NCBI GenBank assembly: GCA_964384645.1
Contig: CAYLKL010000003.1
Coordinates: 9,101-73,100, forward strand
DNA length: 64,000 nucleotides
Direction of reading: 5' to 3'
Source: an uncultured Candidatus Saccharibacteria bacterium
Lineage (GTDB): Bacteria; Patescibacteriota; Minisyncoccia; Phycocordibacterales; UBA9973
Part shown: positions 1-10,280 of the stretch, piece by piece
Layout of the letters: every line of letters begins with the position of its first letter
Position numbering within the stretch: the stretch's first letter is position 1
The notes under the pieces: model-generated
Seen by the model: the letters and a program-made list of their open reading frames with translations, nothing else
Databases searched by the model: none
Told to the model about the DNA's origin: nothing
Made by a program: the position numbers and the translations under genes

Positions 1-1072
1 AAAGCCTATCAAAAGCAATGTGTTATTTTTGTCAGGCAAATAGTTTCTTTCATGATGAACAATTCTTCCCCCCATAGACATTCCACTTCCAGCCATAATT
101 ATCTTTGGTGAAGGTACTTTTAAAATACCCTTTGATTCATCCGTAGAAAGCGTAACCCGAAGGCCTGGAAAATTAAAAATATCATCCCCTTCTTTTATTT
201 TATCTAATGCAATTTTGTTTAAGTATTTTGTATATTTAGAATAAACAGCAGTAAGTTTTATGGCCAACGGTGAATCAATATAAACGGGCATTGGCGGGAT
301 CCTGTTATTCTCAACAAAATCGTTTATCTCAAAGAGTAACTCCTGACTTCTCTCCAAAGAAAATGTTGGAATAACCAAAACACCCTTTCTGCCATAATTG
401 TCTTCTATCACTTTTTCTAATTTTTTCTTTCTTTCATCTCGAGATTCATGGTTTCTGTCTCCGTACACACTCTCCATTATCAAATAGTCGACATTTTTTA
501 ATAGCTCTGTGTCTGGCAAAATTGGCGATGGAGAGTTTCCTAAATCTCCAGTAAAAACTATACTTTTACCGTACGCATTAAAGCAAATCATTGCCGAGCC
601 CAAAATATGTCCAGCGTCTTTTAGACTAACAGTTATGTCTTCAGAAATTTTAAACTCTTGATTGTATTCGTGAGTTTCCCACAAAGATAGAGCTAAATTA
701 ATATTTTTTTCGTTATAAAAAACGTCTAGACCGTTAGCGTCATCTTGTGTCAAAATACCAGCTGTATCCCGCATCATCAGATCAGCGATATCTTTTGAAG
801 GTATAGCTGAAATAATTTTTCCCCTGAACCCCTCTTCTATTAATTTTGGTATTCTACCCACGTGATCAATGTGTGCATGTGTCACAAATAAAATCTCTAC
901 TTCACTTGCGTTGTAAGGAAAAGGATCCCAGTTCACTTCATCTGCCAATTTAGAATTTTGAATCATTCCACAGTCAATCAAAAATTTTTTTTCATTTACT
1001 TCAAACAAAAAATTAGCACCTGTTACAGTACCGGCCCCAGAACAAAATGTTATCTTAGCTTTATTTGCCATT
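1..1072 (-). CDS. Metallo-beta-lactamase-fold beta-CASP family hydrolase (RNase J / CPSF-like), truncated by the window edge (N-terminal ~357 aa present)
   Basis: Minus-strand translation from the ATG at 1072 reads MANKAKITFCSGAGTVTGANFLF...ILFVTHAHIDHVGRIP (HxHxDH metal motif) ...DAGHILGSAMI. The open frame continues to position 1. It is not in the ORF track because the stop lies outside the window. Confidence 0.6.
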
Positions 1073-1462
1073 TATATTATTATATATGTTTTTATTTATT
1101 TTTGCTGTGAAAAAAGCGCCGATAGTCGCCCCAGCCATACCTAAAAATATATCTGAGACTGAATCAAATGTTCTTGCGTACTCAACACCAAAAGTATTGT
1201 CTAGATATATTTCAAAAAATTCCCATCCAATAGTAACAAAAAAGACAAGTAGTAGAATTTTAGATATTTTTATTTCTTTTTCAAAAATTAAAGCAAAATT
1301 ATAAATTATCAAAAACACAACAAGCCCTCCCAAAAAATGTGGGAGCATGTCAAATTCATAAAATAGATAGTACCAACCAAATTTAATAGCCCCTACGTGC
1401 AAAAACAGCAAGAGCGCAGATAAAATTAGAGTAATAAATATTTTTTTATTTAAAAAATTCAT
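1061..1462 (-). CDS. VanZ-like family small membrane protein (4 TM)
   Basis: 133 aa with four hydrophobic helices. The C-terminal motif WEFFEIYLDN...ARTFDSVSDIFLGMAGATIGA matches the VanZ-family E..Q / R.FD..D...G...G pattern as recalled. Confidence 0.5.
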   Translation of the reverse strand: MNFLNKKIFITLILSALLLFLHVGAIKFGWYYLFYEFDMLPHFLGGLVVFLIIYNFALIFEKEIKISKILLLVFFVTIGWEFFEIYLDNTFGVEYARTFDSVSDIFLGMAGATIGAFFTAKINKNIYNNINGK

Positions 1463-1471
1463 ATTTTTAGC

Positions 1472-1499
1472 AAAAAGCCGACAAAACGTCGGCTTTTTA
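1472..1499. terminator. Intrinsic terminator hairpin (gccgac-aaaac-gtcggc) with U-runs on both strands
   Basis: Perfect 6-bp GC-rich stem at 1477-1493, flanked by an A-run and a T-run. It lies only 14 nt upstream of the VanZ-like start codon. Confidence 0.7.
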
Positions 1500-1650
1500 T
1501 TTACGGTTATTACAAGAATATTACCGTAGCCTTAGCCCACGGGGGTGCCTGACTCCGACGTTTACCATCGGCGTACCGCATTCTCTTTAAAAAGTGAGAA
1601 AACTATTGGCTCCCAAAAATATTGTGTTTCTCGGTAATACGCTTCAATAA
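1500..1650 (-). promoter_or_regulatory. Candidate structured 5' leader or cis-regulatory RNA (class unassigned) upstream of the VanZ-like gene
   Basis: The termini are complementary (cggttatt 1504-1511 with aataaccg 1637-1644; attaccg 1520-1526 with cggtaat 1622-1628), enclosing ~140 nt with internal GC-rich hairpins. An intrinsic terminator follows immediately before the start codon, which is classic attenuator architecture. Confidence 0.25.
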
Positions 1651-1724
1651 CCGTATAAATATTTTATAAAAAAATTTTTACAAAAACAATATAGACAACT
1701 ACAAAAATGCGTTTTAGAAAAAAA

Positions 1725-2234
1725 TTATTTAGCCTTTCTCTTCAACGTAAATTTTTCATACACAGTTTCGTACTCAAAAATTTGATCATCAGAAAACCAG
1801 TGTGGAATTTCTTGAACAGCATCTTCGATAGAACCTGATGCATGAATAATATTAGGAAGTGCAATATCATTTCCATCAGCATGACCATAACTCATATGTG
1901 CGTAATCACCCCTAATTGTCCCTGGGGCTGAGCTTTTTGGTTCAGTTGCCCCAACCATCTTTCGAACAAGTGTGACAGCCTCTATGCCCTCTAAAATCAT
2001 TGCCAAAACAGGACCTTCGCACATCATATTCTTTGTCATATCACAAATTTTCTGCCCCATTCGTGTCGCAAGCTTACCTATTCCTTCATAATGCTGGTCG
2101 TAATGACTTTCACTTGGCCAAACCATTTTGACTCCAACTATTTTTAGCCCCGCTTTTTCAAAACGAGCAATAATTTCCCCAGTAATCCCTCTTTGGACCG
2201 CGTCAGGTTTAAATACTATAAGTGTTCTTTCCAT
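1725..2234 (-). CDS. ndk: Nucleoside diphosphate kinase
   Basis: LIVFKPDAVQRG...NIIHASGS active-site His region; full-length NDK fold pattern with one insertion. Confidence 0.9.
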   Translation of the reverse strand: MERTLIVFKPDAVQRGITGEIIARFEKAGLKIVGVKMVWPSESHYDQHYEGIGKLATRMGQKICDMTKNMMCEGPVLAMILEGIEAVTLVRKMVGATEPKSSAPGTIRGDYAHMSYGHADGNDIALPNIIHASGSIEDAVQEIPHWFSDDQIFEYETVYEKFTLKRKAK

Positions 2235-2324
2235 ATATAAATTTAATTAGTAATTAATAATCTCAAAAATTAAAAATGGCCTAAGCCACAAAGACTATAG
2301 CAAAATCTTCCCCTTATCTCAATA

Positions 2325-5063
2325 CTAAGCAGAATAACGACTTAAAATTTCAGCTTCGACAATTTTACGATCTTTTCCATATTTCAAATGTGAAAGCTCT
2401 TTAATCTTTTGAGCTAATTCTCTATTTCCTTCAGTTGGCTTCATTGTCCTAAGACTAAATGGTTTTGCAGGAAATCCATTTACGAGCATTTTTACATATG
2501 CATTTCTATTTTCTAATTTTTGTAAATCAAGTCCAGTAAAAGTAGGCTCAAATTGTTTTGCCAAAAAGTCTGCATCGTCTACTCCGATTCTAAAAGCAAC
2601 CATAGAGCCAACGTTTCCAAAAACAGCATTTTTTATACCTTCATCTATTTGAGCAATATATTGATGCGCTAAGTTAAGTCCTAGTTTGTATTTTCGAGCT
2701 TCCGAGAGAATCTGACTGATAGAATTTGTTGTGACATTTTGAAACTCATCGATGTAAAGATAAAACGGGGGCAAATCCTTACCAATTGAATCAACCCTAG
2801 AAAGTGCCGCCATAAACAATTTCCCAACAATCACAAGACCCAAAAGGTTTGAGTTTATCTCCCCCAACCTTCCTTTTGAAAGATTTACTAAAAATATTTT
2901 CTTACCGTCAATTATTTCCCTGAAATTCAGCGATGACTTTTGTTGAACAACAATTGGTCGCATTATTTCATTTGTTATAAAAACATCAAATTTATTGGTT
3001 ATGTAATTTACGTAGTTTGCCAAAGATGCTTCTCCGGTCGTCTTTTCTGCGCTTTCCCAAAATTGCCTAATTATTGGATTTACACATTTAGCAATCAATC
3101 TTTGTCGATATTCTTTGTTTGCCAAAACTCTACCAATTTCAAGAAGCGTCGCCCCTTCGGCTGGGTCATCCATTGCAAGTAGGGCTGAATTTCTAAAATA
3201 TTGCTCAAAAGCTGGACCCATACTTTCTGGAGTTCCTCCAAAAAGTTTTCTAAAAATAGAAAGAAGTTCATCGACAACAAAAGTCTTCTGCTCAGGAAAA
3301 CGAACATCATATTCCAACATATTAAGACCAATTGGCCTATCTATTGAACCTGGATCAAAATAAATAACGTCATCAGCTCGCTCTGGTGGAATATTTGCAA
3401 GAATATCTTCTATGTCATTTCCGTGCGGATCAATAAAACAAACACCTTCGCCATTTAAAATATCTTGAACAATCATATTTTTCAAAATGGTTGTTTTTCC
3501 AGTTCCAGTTTGTCCAATAACATACAAATGCCTAAGTCTATCTTCGGGAGAAAATTTTACTTCGGTTTCTTGTCCACGATAAGAATTTATTCCAAGCAAT
3601 ACCCCCTTATTAGAAACTTCTGCTGGCGCAGGAGAGAGAGTCATCGCACTTTGTGCAATGTGAGGAGAATCAATTGTGTTCTCTGGCATATGAACCATGC
3701 TAGCAATTTCTCTTTGTGTTAAAGGTAAATTATTTTCTTCTTTAAAAATTCTATAAGAAAAAGAGTGTAGTTCATCAAATAATCTAGATTCACCCACGTT
3801 TTGGAAAACTAATGAATTTGAAGTTGTGTCAGTGAACTGATTGAAAGCAGAAGATATTTCCCTTACCATCTGCTCTGTTCTTTCTTTTGTTGATGCTGAT
3901 ACAACTATACGAATATTTGCAGACAAAATAGTTGAAGTAAGCTTCTTGTTCATTTTTTCTATATTACTCCGTAGTTTTTCATCATCTTTTTTGTCGTCCT
4001 TATTTTCATCTTTTTTAACAGGAGCAGAAAAGAAATCTTTAGCTGCATTTTTCAAAGCACCACCCCAAGAATCTAATCCACTATAAACTTCTTTAACATT
4101 TCCGCCATTTCTAACTTGATCAAGAATTCTGTTGTATCTTTTTATAAAAGCATCTCCAACAGGCTTTACAACAAATTGAATAGACGCACCCTCTCCTGGT
4201 TGATTGAACTTTGAAAAAGCGGAAATTATTGAAGACATCGGATCTGTAGCACCATCTTCAAACGAACGAAGCGGAAAAACAGGTAGATCAGTTAGTTTGG
4301 CAATAGACGCAACGGCATAGCCTTGCTCATTAAAAATATTGTAATCATCTGGAACCTCTTTTATTTTTGCATCTGGATAAACCGCTAACATGTTTTTCTC
4401 AAAAAGATCAGCACGTGAAGCTGGCACAGCTACGTACAAAGACATGTTCGATCCATGATTCTCTACAGCAAGTTCAAGCGTGAAATATTCTTTTCCTTCT
4501 ATAGTCCTCCCGTCACCTACAGCCTGCATACCAGAGAGAAATTGCTCCATCCCTGCAATCAAAGATGCTGGAGTCTTTTTTTCTTTATCAAAATTTGGCA
4601 AACTAACTTCAAAAAGTCGCATAGAAAGACCCTTATTTTCTTCAAGCCCTTCTCTTAAGTCGCTCGGTTTTTGTCCAGTTATTAAATATTGAACTAAGAA
4701 TCTATGGAAATCATCATCTAGATGAGGATTATTCATCTTCTTTAAAACAGAAAAAGTGTTTTTTAAACCTTTTTCTAGCATCAATCCAAAAAACTCTTCT
4801 ATTTTTCTATCGTGAGTCTCTGGTGTAAGACTTAAAACGATTTGCTCCGCCTCTTGTCTTGGAATTAAATTATCAGGTATTACTTTCTCTGCAGGAACGA
4901 ATTTATAAGCGTCGATTGCGTCTTTGGCAACTTGCTCGAGTGGAATATTCTTTCTTTCCTCTGTTAGTTGTTTTTCTCTATTACTAATATGTTCTCGCAA
5001 ATAGCTAATCTCCTCTTCAGGAGTAGTAAATTTTGGTAGATCTTTGAAAAATTGATTTTCCAT
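2325..5063 (-). CDS. TraG/TraD/VirD4-family (T4SS coupling-protein-like) P-loop ATPase with a ~500-aa N-terminal non-membrane domain
   Basis: Walker A VIGQTGTGKTT and Walker B LYIDEFQN in the C-terminal half. No N-terminal TM helices. 912 aa. Confidence 0.55.
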   Translation of the reverse strand: MENQFFKDLPKFTTPEEEISYLREHISNREKQLTEERKNIPLEQVAKDAIDAYKFVPAEKVIPDNLIPRQEAEQIVLSLTPETHDRKIEEFFGLMLEKGLKNTFSVLKKMNNPHLDDDFHRFLVQYLITGQKPSDLREGLEENKGLSMRLFEVSLPNFDKEKKTPASLIAGMEQFLSGMQAVGDGRTIEGKEYFTLELAVENHGSNMSLYVAVPASRADLFEKNMLAVYPDAKIKEVPDDYNIFNEQGYAVASIAKLTDLPVFPLRSFEDGATDPMSSIISAFSKFNQPGEGASIQFVVKPVGDAFIKRYNRILDQVRNGGNVKEVYSGLDSWGGALKNAAKDFFSAPVKKDENKDDKKDDEKLRSNIEKMNKKLTSTILSANIRIVVSASTKERTEQMVREISSAFNQFTDTTSNSLVFQNVGESRLFDELHSFSYRIFKEENNLPLTQREIASMVHMPENTIDSPHIAQSAMTLSPAPAEVSNKGVLLGINSYRGQETEVKFSPEDRLRHLYVIGQTGTGKTTILKNMIVQDILNGEGVCFIDPHGNDIEDILANIPPERADDVIYFDPGSIDRPIGLNMLEYDVRFPEQKTFVVDELLSIFRKLFGGTPESMGPAFEQYFRNSALLAMDDPAEGATLLEIGRVLANKEYRQRLIAKCVNPIIRQFWESAEKTTGEASLANYVNYITNKFDVFITNEIMRPIVVQQKSSLNFREIIDGKKIFLVNLSKGRLGEINSNLLGLVIVGKLFMAALSRVDSIGKDLPPFYLYIDEFQNVTTNSISQILSEARKYKLGLNLAHQYIAQIDEGIKNAVFGNVGSMVAFRIGVDDADFLAKQFEPTFTGLDLQKLENRNAYVKMLVNGFPAKPFSLRTMKPTEGNRELAQKIKELSHLKYGKDRKIVEAEILSRYSA

Positions 5064-5119
5064 AGATTTTAATTATACCCTATTTGATATTTTATTTTAA
5101 TTCATATATCCTAATTAAT

Positions 5120-5620
5120 ATGGAATACCCACCAAAAGATGACGTAGATATATTAGAAGATGAGCCAGTGCAGATATCTAAGGAGAAACCTATTGAAAAA
5201 AGACTTCTTACTGTAAATGAGCATGGCTTAAGTAAAGATTATTTAAATGAATTCAATGTTACCAATCTATGGATTAAGGATTTGCTAGCAGACGAATATG
5301 ATAAAAATAACCCAGAAGAGCTACTGGATCTTAAAATTGTGACGAGTGGCCTTAATAACAAATTCCAAAATAAGGAGTTGAAAAAATATACCGAAAGACT
5401 ACGAGAAGAAGAGTATGGAAATGTTAAAAATGAAAAAAACCAAGCACTAATTGGTGAACTTGATGAAAAAATAGAAGAAATATATTCAATAATGAACGGA
5501 GTTGAACTTACTCCTGAAAATATTGATCAAAACAAAGATAAACTTAAAGAAGTATTAGAAACATACGATGATATAAAATCTCTTGTAGAAGAAGGGGTTT
5601 CTAGAAGAATTGCTGCTTAA
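5120..5620 (+). CDS. Hypothetical acidic, coiled-coil-rich protein
   Basis: ORF 5084..5620; the likely start is the ATG at 5120 (MEYPPKDD). Lys/Glu-rich with no recognisable motif. Its end overlaps the map stop convergently. Confidence 0.4.
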   Translation: MEYPPKDDVDILEDEPVQISKEKPIEKRLLTVNEHGLSKDYLNEFNVTNLWIKDLLADEYDKNNPEELLDLKIVTSGLNNKFQNKELKKYTERLREEEYGNVKNEKNQALIGELDEKIEEIYSIMNGVELTPENIDQNKDKLKEVLETYDDIKSLVEEGVSRRIAA

Positions 5621-6384
5621 GTAACAGTTAAAATTTTTGGGCCTTCTTTTGTAATCATAACAGTATGCTCAAAATGAGCTGACATAGACTTATCTTTTGT
5701 GACATAAGTATACTCATCACTCAAGGCTCTAACGTGCCCTTTACCCAACGTAAACATTGGCTCTATAGCAATAACCATTCCTTCCACAAGCTTTGTGCCT
5801 TGGCCCGGTTTGCCGTAATTTGGCACATAAGGGTCGTCGTGTATCTTCTTTCCGACACCGTGCCCTGAAAGTATTTTTACCAATCCATAGTTGCCATTTT
5901 TTGCCACAGATTCGATTGCGCTTCCAATATCACCAGTTGTATTACCAACTCTAGCTTGTCCTATTCCAAGCTCTAATGCTTTTTTAGTATCCTTTAGTAA
6001 ATTTTGAATTTCTTTCGAAACCTTTCCTACTGCAACAGTTTTTGCATGATCACAAAAAAGACCATTATGTTTGAGCCCAAGGTCGACAGAGACGATATCC
6101 CCTTCTTTTATTATTCTTTTTTTACTTGGGATACCGTGAACCACTTCTTCATTTATGGATACACACAGTGCTGACGGATATGGATTTCTAATTCCTTCTG
6201 GTGTGTAACCCAAAAAAGCTGGAATATCTACTATTTTTTCAATTTCATTTCTAGCAATTTTATCCAAATCTTCTGTTGTCATCCCTGCCTTTACAGACTT
6301 GGCAACAATATCTAAAACACTAGACAATCTTTTGCCGCATTCAATAATAGACTCTATTTCTGTTTTATCTTTTATAAGACTCAT
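5617..6384 (-). CDS. map: Methionine aminopeptidase type I
   Basis: DIVSVD, HNGLFCD, HGVGKKIHD, MVIAIEPM and EHTVMIT metal-ligand motifs. Conserved position downstream of adk. Confidence 0.9.
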   Translation of the reverse strand: MSLIKDKTEIESIIECGKRLSSVLDIVAKSVKAGMTTEDLDKIARNEIEKIVDIPAFLGYTPEGIRNPYPSALCVSINEEVVHGIPSKKRIIKEGDIVSVDLGLKHNGLFCDHAKTVAVGKVSKEIQNLLKDTKKALELGIGQARVGNTTGDIGSAIESVAKNGNYGLVKILSGHGVGKKIHDDPYVPNYGKPGQGTKLVEGMVIAIEPMFTLGKGHVRALSDEYTYVTKDKSMSAHFEHTVMITKEGPKILTVT

Positions 6385-6385
6385 T

Positions 6386-6997
6386 TTATTTATTAAAAAC
6401 TTTTTGAATCAGTTCGTTGTGCACCTCTTCAATTGTCTGCTCTCCATTTATTTCAATAAAATTATAAATACCACTATCCCGAAGATGATTCATGGCAGGT
6501 ACAACTTCATTGTCGAACCAATTTAGTCTTTTCTCAACTCCTTCTTCTGTGTCATCAAAACGCCCACGCCCAACAAGTCTTTCTTTTGACCAGTTTCGAC
6601 TTACGTTTAGATGAACAACTATTGGTTTAACTCTTCCATAAAAACCCATAACAGAATCTAAAATAACAGACTCTGAATAAGTTCTCGGTGTGCCGTCTAA
6701 AATGATATGATTATTTTCTTTTAAGTTCTCTATTAAGATATGAGACCAAATATGAATAGCCAAAAAGGCTGGCTGAAGATCGCCGTTTGAATAAATTTCT
6801 TTCGCGAGTTTACTTGTGAATGAATCACCTTCTATCATCTCCCGGAATTTTGCTCCAGTTTCAAGAGAAAAAATCTCTCTACTTTCAGAGTCATTTTGTT
6901 TTATGTAATCTTTTAATAGGGCTACCTGAGTCCCCTTTCCGCAACCTGAGCGACCCATAAAAATTATTGTCTGTAGTTCCATTTGTATATTATACAA
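6386..6997 (-). CDS. adk: Adenylate kinase
   Basis: P-loop GRSGCGKGTQ and LID/NMP-binding pattern; secY-adk-map order. The true start may be the internal Met (MELQTIIF). Confidence 0.85.
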   Translation of the reverse strand: MYNIQMELQTIIFMGRSGCGKGTQVALLKDYIKQNDSESREIFSLETGAKFREMIEGDSFTSKLAKEIYSNGDLQPAFLAIHIWSHILIENLKENNHIILDGTPRTYSESVILDSVMGFYGRVKPIVVHLNVSRNWSKERLVGRGRFDDTEEGVEKRLNWFDNEVVPAMNHLRDSGIYNFIEINGEQTIEEVHNELIQKVFNK

Positions 6998-7002
6998 AGA
7001 AT

Positions 7003-8265
7003 TTAGTATTCCCGAAGAGTAAGTTGTGCGTTTAGTTTCTTAACCAAATCAAGAATAACAGAAACTGCAATCAAAAGAGATGTTCCTCCAATAGAAATTG
7101 CCTGAGTATTAGACAGATTAGTTGTAATTATAGGTAAAATAGCAATCAAACCAAGGAATAGTGCTCCGACTGTTGTAACGCGACTAACAATTCCACCAAT
7201 ATACTCTGACGTTGATTGACCTGGTCTAATTCCAGAAACAAAAGCCCCGTTTCTTTGCAAATTATCTGATATAGTTTTTGGATCGAAAGTTACTGCAGTG
7301 TAGAAATAAGTAAAGAAGAAAACTAAAATAAAATAAACAACTGAGTAAATCCAATTATCCTGAGTAAATCCTGAAAGAGTTTTTGAGACAGACGCCAAAG
7401 TTGTATTATCTGAATTAGCCAAAAGACCACTTAAGATTTGAGGAAACACTAATATAGATAGTGCGAAAATAATTGGAATAACTCCTGCTTGGTTTAATTT
7501 TATAGGTAAATATGAAGCATTTGCTTGGCCAATACCACGAACTTGTCTTGCGTAAGTAACAGGAACCAATCTTTCTGCCTCTGTAATAAAAATAACTCCA
7601 GCAATAACAATAATTGCCACAGCCAAGAAAGCTAGATAAAGAGGTATCATTGTTGTGTCGAAAGTTGAAATAATCTGAGAAAAACTAGAAGGTAAACTAG
7701 CAACAATACCAGCGAAAATTATCATTGAAACACCATTTCCGATTCCATATTCTGATATAAGTTCTCCTAGCCACATAGCAATCAAAGCACCTGCAATCAA
7801 GATGATTATGTTTGAAAATAGAGCAAAGCCATAAAGCTGGTCAATGACACCTTGCTGAGAAAGCAGATAAATAAGACTGTATCCTTGAAGAGCTGCCAAA
7901 GGAACAGTTAAAAGTCTTCCGTATTGTGTAAATTTTTTCTTTCCAGCCTCTCCTTCTTCTGAATATAGTGCCTTTAGTTTTGGCGAAACCAATGTCAAAA
8001 CTTGTAAGATAATGGACGCGGTAATATATGGCCCAACACCAAGCATAACCAAAGAAAGATTTGAAAGTCCTCCTCCAGAGAATATATTCAATACACCCAA
8101 AAGTTGGCTTTGTTGTAGAAATTGTCCAAGTCTTGAAGCATCAATTCCTGGAATTGGAACATTTGCCAAAAGTCTAAAAATGAAAAGAATAAAGACTACG
8201 AAAAGTAATTTATTTCGTAGACCTTTATCACTTAACAATAATTTAACTTTTTGCCAAAAATTCAT
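7003..8265 (-). CDS. secY: Preprotein translocase subunit SecY
   Basis: 420 aa with 10 TM helices. N-terminal FRLLANVPIPGID signature. Located after rplO. Confidence 0.95.
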   Translation of the reverse strand: MNFWQKVKLLLSDKGLRNKLLFVVFILFIFRLLANVPIPGIDASRLGQFLQQSQLLGVLNIFSGGGLSNLSLVMLGVGPYITASIILQVLTLVSPKLKALYSEEGEAGKKKFTQYGRLLTVPLAALQGYSLIYLLSQQGVIDQLYGFALFSNIIILIAGALIAMWLGELISEYGIGNGVSMIIFAGIVASLPSSFSQIISTFDTTMIPLYLAFLAVAIIVIAGVIFITEAERLVPVTYARQVRGIGQANASYLPIKLNQAGVIPIIFALSILVFPQILSGLLANSDNTTLASVSKTLSGFTQDNWIYSVVYFILVFFFTYFYTAVTFDPKTISDNLQRNGAFVSGIRPGQSTSEYIGGIVSRVTTVGALFLGLIAILPIITTNLSNTQAISIGGTSLLIAVSVILDLVKKLNAQLTLREY

Positions 8266-8267
8266 AA

Positions 8268-8708
8268 TTATGTAACTTTACCTCCTGCTTTTTCTATCTT
8301 AGCCTTTGCTGATGGACTTACCTCTAATCCTGAAACTTCTATTTTTTTATCTATTTCCCCAGCTGACAGAATTTTTATTCGTGGAGTCTTACCTCTTCTT
8401 AATACTATAACCTTTTTTTCAACCAATGTCGCTCTTGTGACCGATTCTCCGTTTGCAAATACCATTGATAGAACGTTTAGATTTATAGGAGTAACTACTT
8501 CTCTAAATCTCTTAAAAATATTTTTTCCTCGTCCACGAAGTTTTGGAAGTTTTTTAATAGTGTCTCTAATTTCTGGTCGCATTTTTCTACCAGATCTAGA
8601 TTTTTGACCCTTAGTACCTCGCCCTGCAGTCTTGGCGTGTTTCCCTCCACGACCAACAACTCGGTGCTTTTTTCTTTTTGTATTTCTTTGTAATTTACTT
8701 TGTTCCAT
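8268..8708 (-). CDS. rplO: 50S ribosomal protein L15
   Basis: KRVGRGGKHAKTAGRGTKGQKSRSG Gly/Arg-rich N-terminus. Confidence 0.95.
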   Translation of the reverse strand: MEQSKLQRNTKRKKHRVVGRGGKHAKTAGRGTKGQKSRSGRKMRPEIRDTIKKLPKLRGRGKNIFKRFREVVTPINLNVLSMVFANGESVTRATLVEKKVIVLRRGKTPRIKILSAGEIDKKIEVSGLEVSPSAKAKIEKAGGKVT

Positions 8709-8713
8709 AAAAA

Positions 8714-9379
8714 TTATTTATCTTCTTTTACTTCTGCAACCTTTGGTCTTTTTACATTAAGTACAGGCTTTCCAAAAACAGATAGTGCTTCCATTGTTGC
8801 TTTCGCAATGTTCATTTTATTTTTACTTCCAGAAAGAATTTTTGCAGTAACATTTTTTATACCTGCCAAAACAAGAATTTCTCGCACAGCACTTCCGGCA
8901 ACAAGACCTTTTGATCTGTTAGGAAATAGGTACACTTTTGAAGTCGAATATTTGGCGTGCACATCATGAGGCAAACTTAAATCTTTTGTAAGAGTTATTT
9001 TTACCATGTTTTTCTTTGCGTCTCGAGTCGCCTTGTTTATAGCCAAAGCTGTATCCAGTGCTTTTCCAACCCCAAGACCTATCTTCCCCTTCTTATCACC
9101 AAGTGCAACCAAAACAGCCAATGAAAATCTTCGTCCTCCAGCAACAACTCTAGTTACTCTTCTTGCAAGCAATGTCTTTTGATCAAATTCTGAATCAGGT
9201 CTTGGGCCACTTCTTCGTGGTCCATTAGAATTTGGTCCGCGTGAACCAAAAGATCTTTGTCCTCCAGTAGAATTACCTCTAGGAACAAAAGCTCTCTTTA
9301 CTGGTGCCGCCACTCCTGGAGCAGAAGTTTCTGCTACTACCGGTGTGTTATTTTCTGTTGTTGTGTTTGTGTCTTCCAT
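8714..9379 (-). CDS. rpsE: 30S ribosomal protein S5 with a ~60-aa low-complexity N-terminal extension
   Basis: VVAGGRRFSLAVLVALGDKKGKIGLGVGKA core. It directly abuts rplO with a 5-nt gap, so there is no L30 gene. Confidence 0.95.
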   Translation of the reverse strand: MEDTNTTTENNTPVVAETSAPGVAAPVKRAFVPRGNSTGGQRSFGSRGPNSNGPRRSGPRPDSEFDQKTLLARRVTRVVAGGRRFSLAVLVALGDKKGKIGLGVGKALDTALAINKATRDAKKNMVKITLTKDLSLPHDVHAKYSTSKVYLFPNRSKGLVAGSAVREILVLAGIKNVTAKILSGSKNKMNIAKATMEALSVFGKPVLNVKRPKVAEVKEDK

Positions 9380-9381
9380 AA

Positions 9382-9732
9382 TTAAAAAATTAATCCGCCT
9401 TCACGAGCTCCTTCTGCTAATTGCTTAATTCTTCCTGTGTATTTAAATCCACCTCGATCAAAAACAACTTTTGTTATTCCTGCATTCTTTGCATTAACAG
9501 CAATCGTTTTTCCAATCTCTTTAGCTCTTTCCATAGGAGAACCTTTTTCAATTTTTATATCTGATGCAGAAGCAAGAGTTTTTCCTGTTGTGTCATCAAT
9601 CAACTGAGTATATATTCTAGAGTTAGATTTGAAAACAGCAAGTCTTGGTCGCTCCAAAGTACCAGAAACTTTTGCTCTGATTCTTCTCTTAACTCTAAAT
9701 CTTTTTTCAACTTTTGATTTTGTTTTACTCAT
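9382..9732 (-). CDS. rplR: 50S ribosomal protein L18
   Basis: [20 protein letters not shown]...TLASAS motif. Confidence 0.95.
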   Translation of the reverse strand: MSKTKSKVEKRFRVKRRIRAKVSGTLERPRLAVFKSNSRIYTQLIDDTTGKTLASASDIKIEKGSPMERAKEIGKTIAVNAKNAGITKVVFDRGGFKYTGRIKQLAEGAREGGLIF

Positions 9733-9737
9733 AAGCC

Positions 9738-10274
9738 TTATGCAGTCTTCTTACCTTGTTTTCGTCTAATAACTTCATCGCTATATCTAAAACCCTTACC
9801 TTTGTACGGTTCTGGTTTCTTCAATGCTCGAGTTGATGCTGTAAATTCTCCTACGGCTTCTTTATCAATTCCTGAAACTGTTATGTTGTTTTTTTCTGCT
9901 GTAACAGTTAGACCTTCTGGTATTTTAACATTTACAGGATGTGAAAAACCTAAAGCTAAAACCAATTCACTTCCCTTCACTTCAGATTTAAAACCAACTC
10001 CTTCAAGAATTAATTTCTTTGTAAATAGATTGTTTACTCCATTTACCATATTTTTCAAATGAGAAGCGTATGTACCCCAAAGAGCTCGAGATGAAATTTC
10101 TTCGTTTAGAGGTGTTACTTGAGCAATGTTACCTTCTACTGTTATAGCTACAGCTTTTGTGTTAAACGGCTTTGATAGTTCGCCCTTAGGGCCTTTTACA
10201 GTCATTACACCATCTGTAATTGTTACAGATGTTCCAGCTGGTATTTCAATAGGTTGTTTTCCAATTCTTGACAT
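9738..10274 (-). CDS. rplF: 50S ribosomal protein L6
   Basis: [19 protein letters not shown] and the two-domain L6 pattern. Confidence 0.95.
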   Translation of the reverse strand: MSRIGKQPIEIPAGTSVTITDGVMTVKGPKGELSKPFNTKAVAITVEGNIAQVTPLNEEISSRALWGTYASHLKNMVNGVNNLFTKKLILEGVGFKSEVKGSELVLALGFSHPVNVKIPEGLTVTAEKNNITVSGIDKEAVGEFTASTRALKKPEPYKGKGFRYSDEVIRRKQGKKTA

Positions 10275-10280
10275 AAATTT

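Noticed and set aside
1500-1650. Assignment of the structured region as SRP RNA, 6S RNA or tRNA, or to the FMN/TPP/fluoride/guanidine riboswitch classes
   Set aside because: It lacks the SRP domain-IV GNRA-tetraloop/AGCAG motifs, the tRNA T-loop and the diagnostic cores of those riboswitch classes as recalled from memory. Only a generic structured-leader call is retained.
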